A stretch of DNA of 64,000 nucleotides, from NCBI GenBank assembly GCA_016342715.1, contig JAEINW010000001.1:5984-69983 (forward strand). Direction: 5' to 3'. Made by a program: the position numbers and the translations under genes. Below are positions 1 through 9,452 of the stretch, in pieces. Source of the DNA: Salinivirgaceae bacterium. GTDB taxonomy: Bacteria; Bacteroidota; Bacteroidia; Bacteroidales; SZUA-534. The notes under the pieces were generated by a model. The model had not been told where the DNA came from. It was given only the letters and a program-made list of their open reading frames with translations, and ran no database searches. Each line of letters starts with the position of its first letter. Position 1 is the first letter of the stretch.

Positions 1-1473
1 TTAAGTAAACTTGGCTTAAACAAGAAAGGTTTAAAAATGATTCAAGAAGCTCAAGTAGAAGCGGAAATGATAAAGAAGGATAAGATTCTTCAGGCAAAAG
101 AAAAGTTTTTACAATTAAAGTCTGAACACGAAAAATTAATTAACGAAAAGAACAGTAGAATTTCTGTTGCCGAGAATAAATTAAAACAAAGAGAATTAAC
201 TATTTCTCAGAGAATCGAAGAATTAAGTCGTAAAACTAAAGAGGTTGATGTTGTTAAAGATAATTTAACTTCGCAAATGGAGCTTGTTGACAAAAGAAGC
301 GAAGAACTTGATAAAATGCATAAGCAACAAGTTGACCAGTTAGTAGCTATTTCAGGCTTATCAGTTGAAGATGCAAAAGGTCAACTTATTGAATCACTTA
401 AGGCTGAGGCAAGAACTGAGGCAATGTCATACATTAATGAAATAATGGATGAAGCTAAAATGACAGCTAATAAAGAAGCTAAGAGAGTGGTTATTCAAAC
501 CATACAGAGAGTGGCTTCAGAATATGCTGTTGAAAATTCGGTTACTGTTTTTCATATTGATAATGATGATATTAAAGGTAGAATTATTGGTAGAGAAGGT
601 CGTAATATTAGAGCTCTTGAAGCTGCAACAGGAATAGAGATTATTGTTGATGATACGCCTGAAGCAATTATTTTATCAGGTTTTGATCCGGTTCGTAGAG
701 AGATTGCTAGGTTGGCACTTCACCAGTTGGTTACTGATGGTAGAATTCACCCAGCAAGAATTGAAGAGGTTGTGGCCAAAACCCAGAAAATGGTTGAAGA
801 AGAAATCGTTGAAACTGGAAAACGAACTGCAATTGATTTAGGTATTCATGGATTACATCCAGAGCTGATTCGTTTAATTGGTAAAATGAAATATCGTTCT
901 TCATACGGTCAGAATTTATTGCAGCACTCTAGAGAAGTAGCAAATTTAGCTGCCATAATGGCTTCGGAACTTGGTTTAAATCCAAAATTAGCTAAACGTG
1001 CAGGTTTGCTTCATGATATTGGTAAGGTGCCGGACGATGAGCCAGAATTGCCACATGCAATTTTAGGTATGAAGTTAGCAGAAAAATATAAGGAGAAACC
1101 AGATATTTGTAATGCCATTGGTGCTCACCATGATGAGGTGGAAATGAATACTTTAATTGCACCAATTATTCAAGTATGTGATGCTATTTCAGGTGCTCGA
1201 CCTGGTGCGCGTCGTGAGGTGGTTGAATCATATATAAAACGACTAAAAGATCTTGAAGAATTGGCATTGTCATACCCTGGAGTGTTGAAAACATATGCTA
1301 TTCAAGCTGGACGTGAACTTAGAGTAATTGTTGGAAGTGAAAAGGTTACCGATATGGACGCTGAAACTCTTTCGTATGAAATTTCTAAGAAAATTCAGGA
1401 TGAAATGACTTACCCTGGACAGATTAAAATTACGGTTATTCGAGAAACCAGAGCTATAAATTACGCAAAATAA
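1..1473 (+). CDS. rny: Ribonuclease Y, 5' end cut by the window edge
   Basis: Reading frame is open from base 1. Lys/Glu-rich coiled-coil N-terminal part, KH block [17 protein letters not shown] block LLHDIGK...GAHH. Confidence 0.9.
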   Translation, partial: LSKLGLNKKGLKMIQEAQVEAEMIKKDKILQAKEKFLQLKSEHEKLINEKNSRISVAENKLKQRELTISQRIEELSRKTKEVDVVKDNLTSQMELVDKRSEELDKMHKQQVDQLVAISGLSVEDAKGQLIESLKAEARTEAMSYINEIMDEAKMTANKEAKRVVIQTIQRVASEYAVENSVTVFHIDNDDIKGRIIGREGRNIRALEAATGIEIIVDDTPEAIILSGFDPVRREIARLALHQLVTDGRIHPARIEEVVAKTQKMVEEEIVETGKRTAIDLGIHGLHPELIRLIGKMKYRSSYGQNLLQHSREVANLAAIMASELGLNPKLAKRAGLLHDIGKVPDDEPELPHAILGMKLAEKYKEKPDICNAIGAHHDEVEMNTLIAPIIQVCDAISGARPGARREVVESYIKRLKDLEELALSYPGVLKTYAIQAGRELRVIVGSEKVTDMDAETLSYEISKKIQDEMTYPGQIKITVIRETRAINYAK

Positions 1474-1491
1474 AACTTGTTATTAACATAT

Positions 1492-1528
1492 AAAAAAAGA
1501 GGGATTTATCACAATCCCTCTTTTTTTA
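1492..1528 (+). terminator. Rho-independent terminator after rny
   Basis: Stem AGAGGGATT (1498-1506) pairs with AATCCCTCT (1513-1521), 6-nt loop. A-run before and T-run after. Confidence 0.7.
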
Positions 1529-1603
1529 TTATGTATGACGAAATAATTATTTAATATTGTTGTTTATTTAAGATATAGTAATCATTTTTTGAAATATAAG
1601 CCT

Positions 1604-2734
1604 ATGCGTCCACTAACTATGGTTGATTTAAAGAGTCAATACGAAAAGATAAAACCAGATGTTGACAAAGCCATTCAATTTGTGATTGACAATACCCAAT
1701 TTATTAAAGGGGATGCTGTAAAAGAGTTTGAAAATGAGCTCGCAACTTATTTAGGAGTTAAACATGTAATAGGCTGTGCAAATGGAACCGATGCTTTACA
1801 AATTGCAATGATGGCCTTGGGTTTGAAGCCTGGTGATGAGGTTATAACCACAAATTTTACCTTTATTGCCACTGTTGAAGTTATAGCCTTATTAGGACTT
1901 AAACCCATTTTAGTTGATGTTTATCCTGATACTTATAATATTAATATCAACGAGTTAAAAAAGGCAATATCTCCTAAAACAAAAGCCATTGTTCCAGTTC
2001 ATTTATTTGGTCAATGCGCCCATATGGAAAGCCTAATGGAAATAGCCAAACAGCATAATTTATTTGTAATCGAAGATAATGCGCAAGCTATTGGAGCTGA
2101 TTATACCTTTTCAAGTGGGATTACTAAAAAAGCGGGAACCATAGGTCATATTGGATGCACTTCATTTTTTCCATCTAAAAACTTAGGTTGCTATGGCGAT
2201 GGTGGTGCATTATTTACAAATGATGATGAATTAGCAGAACAAATAGCATCCATAGTAAACCATGGAATGAAAAAGAGGTATTATCATGATAGAATTGGTG
2301 TAAACTCAAGATTAGATACTATTCAAGCAGCAATTCTTAGAATAAAACTTCCAAAATTAGATGAATATATTTTAGCAAGACAAGAAGTTGCTTCTTATTA
2401 TACAAAAGCTTTTCAGGAAATAGCAGAAATTGACACACCAAAAATTGATTCCTTTACTAGTCATGTTTTTCATCAATATACCATGAGGATTAAGGGTGGA
2501 AAAAGAGAGGCTTTAAAAAGCTTTTTAGAAAGCAAAAATGTACCAGCAATGATATATTATCCAGTTCCTTTGCATACGCAAAAAGCTTTTTTGGAATTCA
2601 AAGACGATAGAGACTTTCCGATTACTGAGGAATTATGCAACGAAGTATTATCCTTGCCCATGCATACTGAATTAGATGAGGAACAATTAACATATATTAC
2701 CAATTCTGTAATAGAATTTTTTGAGAACAACTAA
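1604..2734 (+). CDS. DegT/DnrJ/EryC1/StrS-family sugar aminotransferase, WbpE-like by context
   Basis: Blocks GCANGTDALQIAM, EDNAQAIGA, SFFPSKNLG. The ORF-track start at 1589 is TTG; the first ATGs are at 1604 and 1619, so the start is uncertain. Confidence 0.8.
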   Translation: MRPLTMVDLKSQYEKIKPDVDKAIQFVIDNTQFIKGDAVKEFENELATYLGVKHVIGCANGTDALQIAMMALGLKPGDEVITTNFTFIATVEVIALLGLKPILVDVYPDTYNININELKKAISPKTKAIVPVHLFGQCAHMESLMEIAKQHNLFVIEDNAQAIGADYTFSSGITKKAGTIGHIGCTSFFPSKNLGCYGDGGALFTNDDELAEQIASIVNHGMKKRYYHDRIGVNSRLDTIQAAILRIKLPKLDEYILARQEVASYYTKAFQEIAEIDTPKIDSFTSHVFHQYTMRIKGGKREALKSFLESKNVPAMIYYPVPLHTQKAFLEFKDDRDFPITEELCNEVLSLPMHTELDEEQLTYITNSVIEFFENN

Positions 2735-2735
2735 A

Positions 2736-3311
2736 ATGGAAGATTTAAAGTATTATGCTCATGAAAGCTCTGTTATTGATGCTGGTTGTGAGATTGGAGC
2801 AGGATCGAAAATATGGCATTTTTCGCATATCATGACAAATTGTAAGTTAGGTGAGAAATGTAATATTGGCCAAAATGTAGTGGTTTCGCCAGGAGTACAG
2901 CTGGGTGCTAATGTAAAAGTGCAAAATAACGTATCCATTTATACCGGTGTAATTTGCGAAGATGATGTCTTTTTAGGACCATCCATGGTTTTTACAAACA
3001 TAACAAATCCTCGCAGTGCTATTATTCGTCGAGACCAATATGAAACAACCTTAGTAAAAAAAGGAGCTTCAATTGGTGCAAATGCTACAGTTGTTTGTGG
3101 AAACGAAATTGGTGAATATGCTTTAATAGGAGCAGGAGCTGTAATTACAAAACCTGTAAAACCCTATGCTCTGGTTGTTGGGAATCCTGCAAAACAGATT
3201 GGATGGGTAAGTGAGTATGGTCATCGATTAAACTTTGATAATAACAAAGCTACTTGCCCAGAAAGTGGGGATGAATATTATGTTGATAATGATCAGGTTT
3301 ATAAAGTTTGA
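2736..3311 (+). CDS. Hexapeptide-repeat (left-handed beta-helix) N-acetyltransferase, WbpD-like by context
   Basis: Hexapeptide blocks IGQNVVVSPG, IGANATVVCG, IGAGAVITKP. The track start at 2721 is TTG; an in-frame ATG at 2736 lies 1 nt after the upstream stop. Confidence 0.75.
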   Translation: MEDLKYYAHESSVIDAGCEIGAGSKIWHFSHIMTNCKLGEKCNIGQNVVVSPGVQLGANVKVQNNVSIYTGVICEDDVFLGPSMVFTNITNPRSAIIRRDQYETTLVKKGASIGANATVVCGNEIGEYALIGAGAVITKPVKPYALVVGNPAKQIGWVSEYGHRLNFDNNKATCPESGDEYYVDNDQVYKV

Positions 3312-3362
3312 TCAATAAAAGTAAAATAGTAAATTCGCTTTTTCAAAAATTAATATTATTAA

Positions 3363-4307
3363 ATGAAAAATTTTGCATTAGTTGGAGCAGCCGGATATAT
3401 AGCTGTTCGTCACTTAAAAGCCATTAAAGAAACTAATAATAATTTGGTTGCAGCGCTTGATCCATTTGATAGCGTGGGTATTATTGATAGCTATTTTCCT
3501 GAGGCTGATTTTTTTACCGAATTTGAAAGATTCGACCGTCATATATATAAACTTAATAGAGAGAAAAATCCGGTAGAATACATAAGTATTTGTTCGCCAA
3601 ATTACTTGCACGATTCACATATTCGTTTTGCTTTACGTCAAGGAGCTGATGCTATTTGTGAAAAACCTTTGGTGTTAAATCCATGGAACATTGAGGCCTT
3701 GAAAGATTATGAAAAAGAGACCGGAAAAAAGGTTTACAATGTGTTGCAATTACGATTGCATCCTAGTATAATTGCTCTAAAGGAAAAAATTGATAAGGGT
3801 GATCCCGATAAAATATACGATGTTGATTTAAGTTATATAACCAGCCGAGGTAAATGGTATCATTATTCATGGAAGGGGAATGACGCAAAATCAGGTGGAG
3901 TAGCTACAAATATTGGGGTACATTTTTATGATATGTTAAGCTGGATTTTTGGAGAGGTGCAAATGAATCAGGTACACGTGCGAACCGAAACCAAAGCCGC
4001 AGGATATCTTGAATTTAAGCGGGCTCGTGTTCGTTGGTTTTTAAGTGTGGATTACAACGATTTGCCACAAGAAATAAAAGAAAAAGGACAGCGTACCTAT
4101 CGTTCGATAACTATTGAAAATGATGAATTAGAATTTAGTGGTGGATTTACCGACTTACATACAAAAACTTATAATGGCATATTAAATGGCGAAGGTTTTG
4201 GATTGGATGATGCTTTTGCTTCAATAAATATTGTTCATCACATACGGAACACACAGCCTATTGGTATTTCAGGAGATTATCACCCTATTTTGAAGAATAT
4301 TAGATAA
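3363..4307 (+). CDS. Gfo/Idh/MocA-family NAD oxidoreductase, WbpB-like by context
   Basis: N-terminal Rossmann block FALVGAAGYIAVRHLKAI, CEKPL motif, 314 aa. Confidence 0.75.
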   Translation: MKNFALVGAAGYIAVRHLKAIKETNNNLVAALDPFDSVGIIDSYFPEADFFTEFERFDRHIYKLNREKNPVEYISICSPNYLHDSHIRFALRQGADAICEKPLVLNPWNIEALKDYEKETGKKVYNVLQLRLHPSIIALKEKIDKGDPDKIYDVDLSYITSRGKWYHYSWKGNDAKSGGVATNIGVHFYDMLSWIFGEVQMNQVHVRTETKAAGYLEFKRARVRWFLSVDYNDLPQEIKEKGQRTYRSITIENDELEFSGGFTDLHTKTYNGILNGEGFGLDDAFASINIVHHIRNTQPIGISGDYHPILKNIR

Positions 4308-4353
4308 TGCAGATGTAAGAGCATAGACACGAGACACAAGACGTAAGAAGAGA

Positions 4354-4710
4354 ATGAAGCATAATTTTAAAGAAATAATAGCTTGGCAAAAAGCAAAGGG
4401 AATTGTTAAGGATGTCTATATTTTAGCAAATAAACTTCCAGTTGAAGAAAAGTATGCATTAGCTTCTCAGATAAAAAGGGCTGCGGTCTCTATATCATCA
4501 AATATTGCAGAAGGTAGTGGTAGAAATACGGATGCAGATTTTGCCTATTTTTTGGATATGGCGCTAGGTTCAGCTTTAGAATTAGAAAGTGAACTATTGG
4601 TTGCTCTTGAACTAGATTTTATTACATTAGAAAGCTGTAATAATGTAATTGAAAAATTAACAGAGGTTCAAAAATTAATTATAGGATTTCAGAATAAGTT
4701 GAGAAAATAG
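4354..4710 (+). CDS. Four-helix-bundle protein (23S rRNA intervening-sequence protein family)
   Basis: 118-aa all-helical protein with the family pattern IAWQKAKGIVKDVY...LASQIKRAAVSISSNIAEG. Isolated by non-coding flanks inside an otherwise tight operon. Confidence 0.7.
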   Translation: MKHNFKEIIAWQKAKGIVKDVYILANKLPVEEKYALASQIKRAAVSISSNIAEGSGRNTDADFAYFLDMALGSALELESELLVALELDFITLESCNNVIEKLTEVQKLIIGFQNKLRK

Positions 4711-4789
4711 TATATAAAATAAAACTCTAGAGTCTGACATCTTTAGTCTAGAATCTAGAAAAATATAGCCACACAAAATTACTACCTCT

Positions 4790-6079
4790 ATGTACAACAA
4801 AATAAAGAATAAAGAAGAACGAATCTCGGTAATTGGATTAGGATATGTAGGATTACCCATTGCGTTAGAATTTGCAAGAGTAGCAAGAGTAATAGGATTT
4901 GATATTAAATCTGATCGGGTTGAATTGATGAAACAAAACATTGATCCAAGTAAAGAATTGGAAGCTCATGAATTTGAAGGATGCGATATTGAATTTACAG
5001 CTAATGCAGAAGATATTAAAAAAGCTAAATTTCATATTGTAGCTGTTCCAACACCCATCGATGATCATAACCAACCAGATTTAACGCCCGTAATTGCCGC
5101 ATCTAAAACAGTAGCTAGAGCTTTAAAAAAAGGTGATTACGTGATTTATGAATCCACGGTTTATCCAGGCTGTACCGAAGAAGATTGTGTGCCAATTTTA
5201 GAGGAAATATCTGGATTAAAGATGGGTATTGATTTTAAAGTTGGTTTTTCGCCTGAGAGAATTAATCCAGGAGATAAAGTTAACACACTTACAACCATTA
5301 CAAAAGTAGTTTCAGGGAATGATGATGAAGCTTTAGATAATATTGCCAAGATTTATGAGATGGTAATTAAAGCAGGCGTTCACAGAGCACCTTCATTAAA
5401 AGTAGCCGAAGCTGCAAAAATTATTGAAAATACGCAACGCGATGTAAATATTGCCTTAATGAACGAATTGTCATTAATTTTCAATAGAATGGGCATTAAT
5501 ACCTTTGATGTGTTGGAGGCAGCAGGAACCAAATGGAATTTTCTGAAATTCTTTCCAGGTTTAGTGGGTGGTCATTGTATTGGAGTTGATCCATACTATT
5601 TACTATATAAAGCCAAAGAATTAGGATATCATGCAAAAATGATAGATTCAGGACGTTTTATAAACGACAGTATGGGTGGCTATGTGGCCAAGCAAACCGT
5701 TAAAAAGATTATTGCATCCGACAAAAATGTAAAAGACTCACGTGTTCTGGTAATGGGAGTAACCTTTAAAGAAGATGTATCTGATATTCGAAATTCTAAA
5801 GTAGTTGATGTTATTAATGAATTGAAAACCTATAGTGTAAATGTTGATGCTATAGATCCACATGCATCAAAAGAAGAGGTAATGGAAGAGTATGGTTATG
5901 AGATAAAAGATAAACCAGAAGGTAAATATGATGCAGTAATAGTGGCTGTTCAGCACGCAGAATATAAAAACTTAACTGAAGATTATTTTAAATCGATATT
6001 AACTGAAAATGGTGTATTTGTTGATCTTAAAGGAATTTATAAAAATAAAATACAAGACTTGACTTATTGGAGTCTTTAA
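4790..6079 (+). CDS. UDP-N-acetyl-hexosamine 6-dehydrogenase (TviB/WbpA/WecC type), copy 1
   Basis: NAD-binding block [12 protein letters not shown], catalytic Cys block [14 protein letters not shown], 429 aa. Confidence 0.85.
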   Translation: MYNKIKNKEERISVIGLGYVGLPIALEFARVARVIGFDIKSDRVELMKQNIDPSKELEAHEFEGCDIEFTANAEDIKKAKFHIVAVPTPIDDHNQPDLTPVIAASKTVARALKKGDYVIYESTVYPGCTEEDCVPILEEISGLKMGIDFKVGFSPERINPGDKVNTLTTITKVVSGNDDEALDNIAKIYEMVIKAGVHRAPSLKVAEAAKIIENTQRDVNIALMNELSLIFNRMGINTFDVLEAAGTKWNFLKFFPGLVGGHCIGVDPYYLLYKAKELGYHAKMIDSGRFINDSMGGYVAKQTVKKIIASDKNVKDSRVLVMGVTFKEDVSDIRNSKVVDVINELKTYSVNVDAIDPHASKEEVMEEYGYEIKDKPEGKYDAVIVAVQHAEYKNLTEDYFKSILTENGVFVDLKGIYKNKIQDLTYWSL

Positions 6080-6091
6080 GAATGTAGGTTC

Positions 6092-6141
6092 AATAAACAA
6101 TAAAAGCTATTCATTTTTATGAATAGCTTTTATTGTTTATT
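6092..6141 (+). terminator. Strong Rho-independent terminator
   Basis: Perfect 23-bp stem (6092-6114 pairs with 6119-6141), TTTT loop, T-rich tail. Confidence 0.8.
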
Positions 6142-6160
6142 TTTATTTTAAATAAATAGA

Positions 6161-6760
6161 ATGGAAAAACAAAATATATTTCCAGTATTTGAAAGGATGC
6201 TGGATCGATCTCATAAAGAAAAATTACTCAGGCAAAAATCAAAAGTTATTTGGGTTTATGGCTTAAGTGGATCTGGGAAAACCACAATAGCAATTGCCTT
6301 AGAAAAAGCGTTGCATGACCGAGGTTTTTTAACACAAATTTTAGATGGAGATAACGTTCGAAGCGGAATAAATAATAACCTTGGATTTACAAAAGAAGAC
6401 AGGGCTGAAAACTTAAGGCGAATTGCAGAAGTAAATAAACTTTTTTATAACTGTGGATTAATTACCATTAACTGTTTTATTTCGCCTTTGAAAGAAAATC
6501 GAGAACACATTCGAGAAATTATTGGTAAGGATGATTTTATTGAAATATTCGTTGATACCCCGATTGAAGAATGTGAGCGAAGAGATGAAAAAGGTTTGTA
6601 TAAAAAAGCTAGAGCTGGAGAATTAAAAAACTTTACTGGAGTAGACGCACCTTTTGAAAAACCTGAAACTCCCGATATTCGTGTGGAAACAATAGGATTC
6701 ACTCCTGAAAAAATTGTTGGAGATATTCTGGATATTGTTTTGCCAAAACTTTATTATTAA
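6161..6760 (+). CDS. cysC: Adenylyl-sulfate (APS) kinase
   Basis: P-loop GLSGSGKTTIA, 199 aa, typical APS-kinase length and layout. Confidence 0.9.
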   Translation: MEKQNIFPVFERMLDRSHKEKLLRQKSKVIWVYGLSGSGKTTIAIALEKALHDRGFLTQILDGDNVRSGINNNLGFTKEDRAENLRRIAEVNKLFYNCGLITINCFISPLKENREHIREIIGKDDFIEIFVDTPIEECERRDEKGLYKKARAGELKNFTGVDAPFEKPETPDIRVETIGFTPEKIVGDILDIVLPKLYY

Positions 6761-6772
6761 ATTTTCATCTAC

Positions 6773-8551
6773 ATGATAACCTTCGATCAAATTCTGGTTT
6801 ACTTAGTTATTCTATTTATTTTCATTTCGCTTTATTGGGATTTGATTAGACCTGGATTTACCTTTATTTTGGGAGTTTCAGTATTGGGAGTATTTCAAGT
6901 ACTTTCACCCAAGGAAGTTTTAGCAGGGATGGCCAATGAGCAAATAATGGTAATTCTATTATTATTGGTTATTGGTGATACTTTTAGACAAACTTCGGTA
7001 TTAGATATATTATTTGATGGGGTTTTTAAAGAAACAAAGACATACAAAGGGTTTATATCAAAAATGTTTTTAATAATTGCACCTCTTTCCGCATTTTTAA
7101 ATAATACACCCCTTGTTGCTTTAATGATGCCTTACGCCCACACATGGAGTAAAAAAAATAAAGTTTCAATTTCAAAACTATTGATTCCATTGTCATATGC
7201 CGCAATACTTGGAGGATGTATAACTTTGATTGGGACTTCAACGAACCTAATCGTTAATGGCTTGGTTGTCGATCAAAAAATTGTACACGAATTGCCTGAA
7301 TTAAATATGTTCGATTTCTTTTGGGTAGGTTTTCCAATGCTTATTATTGGCTTTGTTTATATTTTGTTATTTGGAAATAAATTACTGCCAAATAGAGAAA
7401 ATGTTATTGAAACCTTTGAATCGCATCAAAGAGAATATATAGTTGAAACACAAATAAAAGCAGGGAGTCCATTAAACGGAAAAACAATTACTGAAGCAAA
7501 GTTAAGAAATTTGGAGGGTCTATACCTGTTTCGTATCATTAGAAATGACCGGTATTTAATGGCTGAACCAAACGAAACTATTCTTCGAGAGAAAGATGTA
7601 TTAATGTTTACAGGAGATACAGCAGCAATTTCAAATATTGTACAAAAAAATCCTTCCATTGAAATCCCATCAGTTGGAATGTTTACTAAAAAAGATAAAA
7701 CTGATATTATTGAAATTGTTGTTTCCCATAATTCATCAATGATTAATAAAACATTGAAAGAAGAAAATTTTAGAGCGAAATATGATGCCACTGCAATAGC
7801 TATTCATAGAAATGGTGAGCGTTTGTCAGGAAAGATAGGTTTAGTAAATTTAAAGGCTGGAGATACCATTTTATTATTAGCAGGAGCAGATTTTAAAAAC
7901 TTAATGAATGTAACAAAAGATTTTTACACCATTTCTAGGCCACGAGAACTTAATAAACTTGGTAATTTTAGAACAAGTTTACTAATTGGAGGGACTATTC
8001 TTGTAATTTTATTAGCTGCATTAAAAATAACGTCTTTATTCATGGGGCTAGTTGTTTTTATTTCAGTGTTAGTAGCAGCTGGTATTACAACTCCAAAAAA
8101 AATTAGTAGAAACATCGATTATCAATTGGGTATTGTTATTGTTATGGCTTTGGCTCTTGGTCATGCAATGATTAAAACAAATGTGGCTGAAAATTTCGCG
8201 CAAATTCTTATTCAGGTATTCGAGCCATTTGGCAATGTGGGGCTGCTAATAGGAATTTACTTGATAACATCTTTATTAGCTGCTTTTGTAACTAATGTTG
8301 CTGCTGTTGCCATAATTTTCCCTATTTCATTGACATTAGCCAGTGATTTAAATCTACCATTTCTTCCTTTTATATTGGTAGTTTCGTTTGCTGCTGCTGC
8401 AAATTTTATGACGCCTATTGGTTACCAAACAAATATTATGGTTTATGGGCCTGGCGGATATAAATTTCGAGATTATTTGAAGATCGGAACTCCTCTTACA
8501 ATAATTTATATGATTGTAACTATTACAATTCTGAGTATTTTTTATTTATAA
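6773..8551 (+). CDS. SLC13/DASS-family anion (sulfate-type) permease with two central TrkA_C-like domains
   Basis: Hydrophobic N- and C-terminal halves flank two soluble repeats (GSPLNGKTITEAKL..., SSMINKTLKEENF...). Sits between cysC and cysQ. Confidence 0.75.
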   Translation: MITFDQILVYLVILFIFISLYWDLIRPGFTFILGVSVLGVFQVLSPKEVLAGMANEQIMVILLLLVIGDTFRQTSVLDILFDGVFKETKTYKGFISKMFLIIAPLSAFLNNTPLVALMMPYAHTWSKKNKVSISKLLIPLSYAAILGGCITLIGTSTNLIVNGLVVDQKIVHELPELNMFDFFWVGFPMLIIGFVYILLFGNKLLPNRENVIETFESHQREYIVETQIKAGSPLNGKTITEAKLRNLEGLYLFRIIRNDRYLMAEPNETILREKDVLMFTGDTAAISNIVQKNPSIEIPSVGMFTKKDKTDIIEIVVSHNSSMINKTLKEENFRAKYDATAIAIHRNGERLSGKIGLVNLKAGDTILLLAGADFKNLMNVTKDFYTISRPRELNKLGNFRTSLLIGGTILVILLAALKITSLFMGLVVFISVLVAAGITTPKKISRNIDYQLGIVIVMALALGHAMIKTNVAENFAQILIQVFEPFGNVGLLIGIYLITSLLAAFVTNVAAVAIIFPISLTLASDLNLPFLPFILVVSFAAAANFMTPIGYQTNIMVYGPGGYKFRDYLKIGTPLTIIYMIVTITILSIFYL

Positions 8552-8558
8552 AAACAAT

Positions 8559-9353
8559 ATGGATATTTATTTAGTAGCTATTAAAGCAGCAATTGAGGCT
8601 GGAAAGGAGATTTTAAAAATTTACAATTCTGATGATTTTGAAATTGAAAATAAAATTGACAACTCTCCGCTTACAAAAGCCGATAAAAATGCTCATTTAA
8701 AAATTATGGAATATCTTTCTGAATTCGATATTCCTGTTTTGAGTGAAGAAGGAAAAGAAATTCTTTTTAATGAAAGGAAAGCATGGCAAAAGATGTGGAT
8801 TGTTGACCCATTGGATGGAACAAAAGAATTTATTAAGCGGAATGGGGAGTTTACTGTTAACATAGCGCTAGTTGAAAATGGAGTTCCAATATTTGGAGTA
8901 ATATATGTTCCAGTTAGCAAAGAACTATATGTTGGAATAAATGGTTTGGGCAGTTATAAATTTAAAGATATAATAGATTTTGAGCATAAATATCTTGATT
9001 TAAAACACTTGCTTAATCAAGGAATTAAATTACCTATTAAGATTGAACGACCTTTTACAGTGGTAGCCAGCAGGTCGCATTTGAATGACGAAACCAAACT
9101 CTTTATTGATTCATTAAAAAAGGATAATCCTAGCTTAGAATTTATATCAAAAGGAAGCTCATTGAAATTATGTGCAGTAGCTGAAGGAATAGCCGATATA
9201 TATCCGCGATTTGCTCCAACTATGGAATGGGACACTGCAGCAGGACAAGCTATTGTAGAGTCAGCTGGGGGTGTTGTGCAAAATAAAAAAGGGGAGCATT
9301 TAAAATATAATAAAGAGAATTTATTGAATCCACATTTTATTGTTAAATTTTAG
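8559..9353 (+). CDS. cysQ: 3'(2'),5'-bisphosphate nucleotidase (PAP phosphatase)
   Basis: Inositol-monophosphatase-family motifs WIVDPLDGTKEF and WDTAAGQAIVESAGG. Confidence 0.8.
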   Translation: MDIYLVAIKAAIEAGKEILKIYNSDDFEIENKIDNSPLTKADKNAHLKIMEYLSEFDIPVLSEEGKEILFNERKAWQKMWIVDPLDGTKEFIKRNGEFTVNIALVENGVPIFGVIYVPVSKELYVGINGLGSYKFKDIIDFEHKYLDLKHLLNQGIKLPIKIERPFTVVASRSHLNDETKLFIDSLKKDNPSLEFISKGSSLKLCAVAEGIADIYPRFAPTMEWDTAAGQAIVESAGGVVQNKKGEHLKYNKENLLNPHFIVKF

Positions 9354-9405
9354 AATTAAAAATGATATTCTGCAAAATCTCATTTTTATTTTTTAATATT
9401 AAGTT

Positions 9406-9413
9406 TACATTTG
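9406..9413 (+). promoter_or_regulatory. Candidate Bacteroidota -7 box (TAnnTTTG)
   Basis: TACATTTG, 40 nt upstream of the ATG at 9453. Confidence 0.4.
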
Positions 9414-9452
9414 AAGAATTAGCATAATTATAATAATAAAATCTGTAATTAA

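Noticed and set aside
1589-1603. TTG-initiated 5' extensions proposed by the ORF track (1589, 2721, 13803, 16986).
   Set aside because: In each case the TTG lies within or right at the end of the upstream gene, and an in-frame ATG a few codons downstream gives a canonical N-terminus (for example MNSRKILVTG for rfbD and MMKKIVYIG for the CyTase-PepM). I used the ATG starts, with the uncertainty noted.
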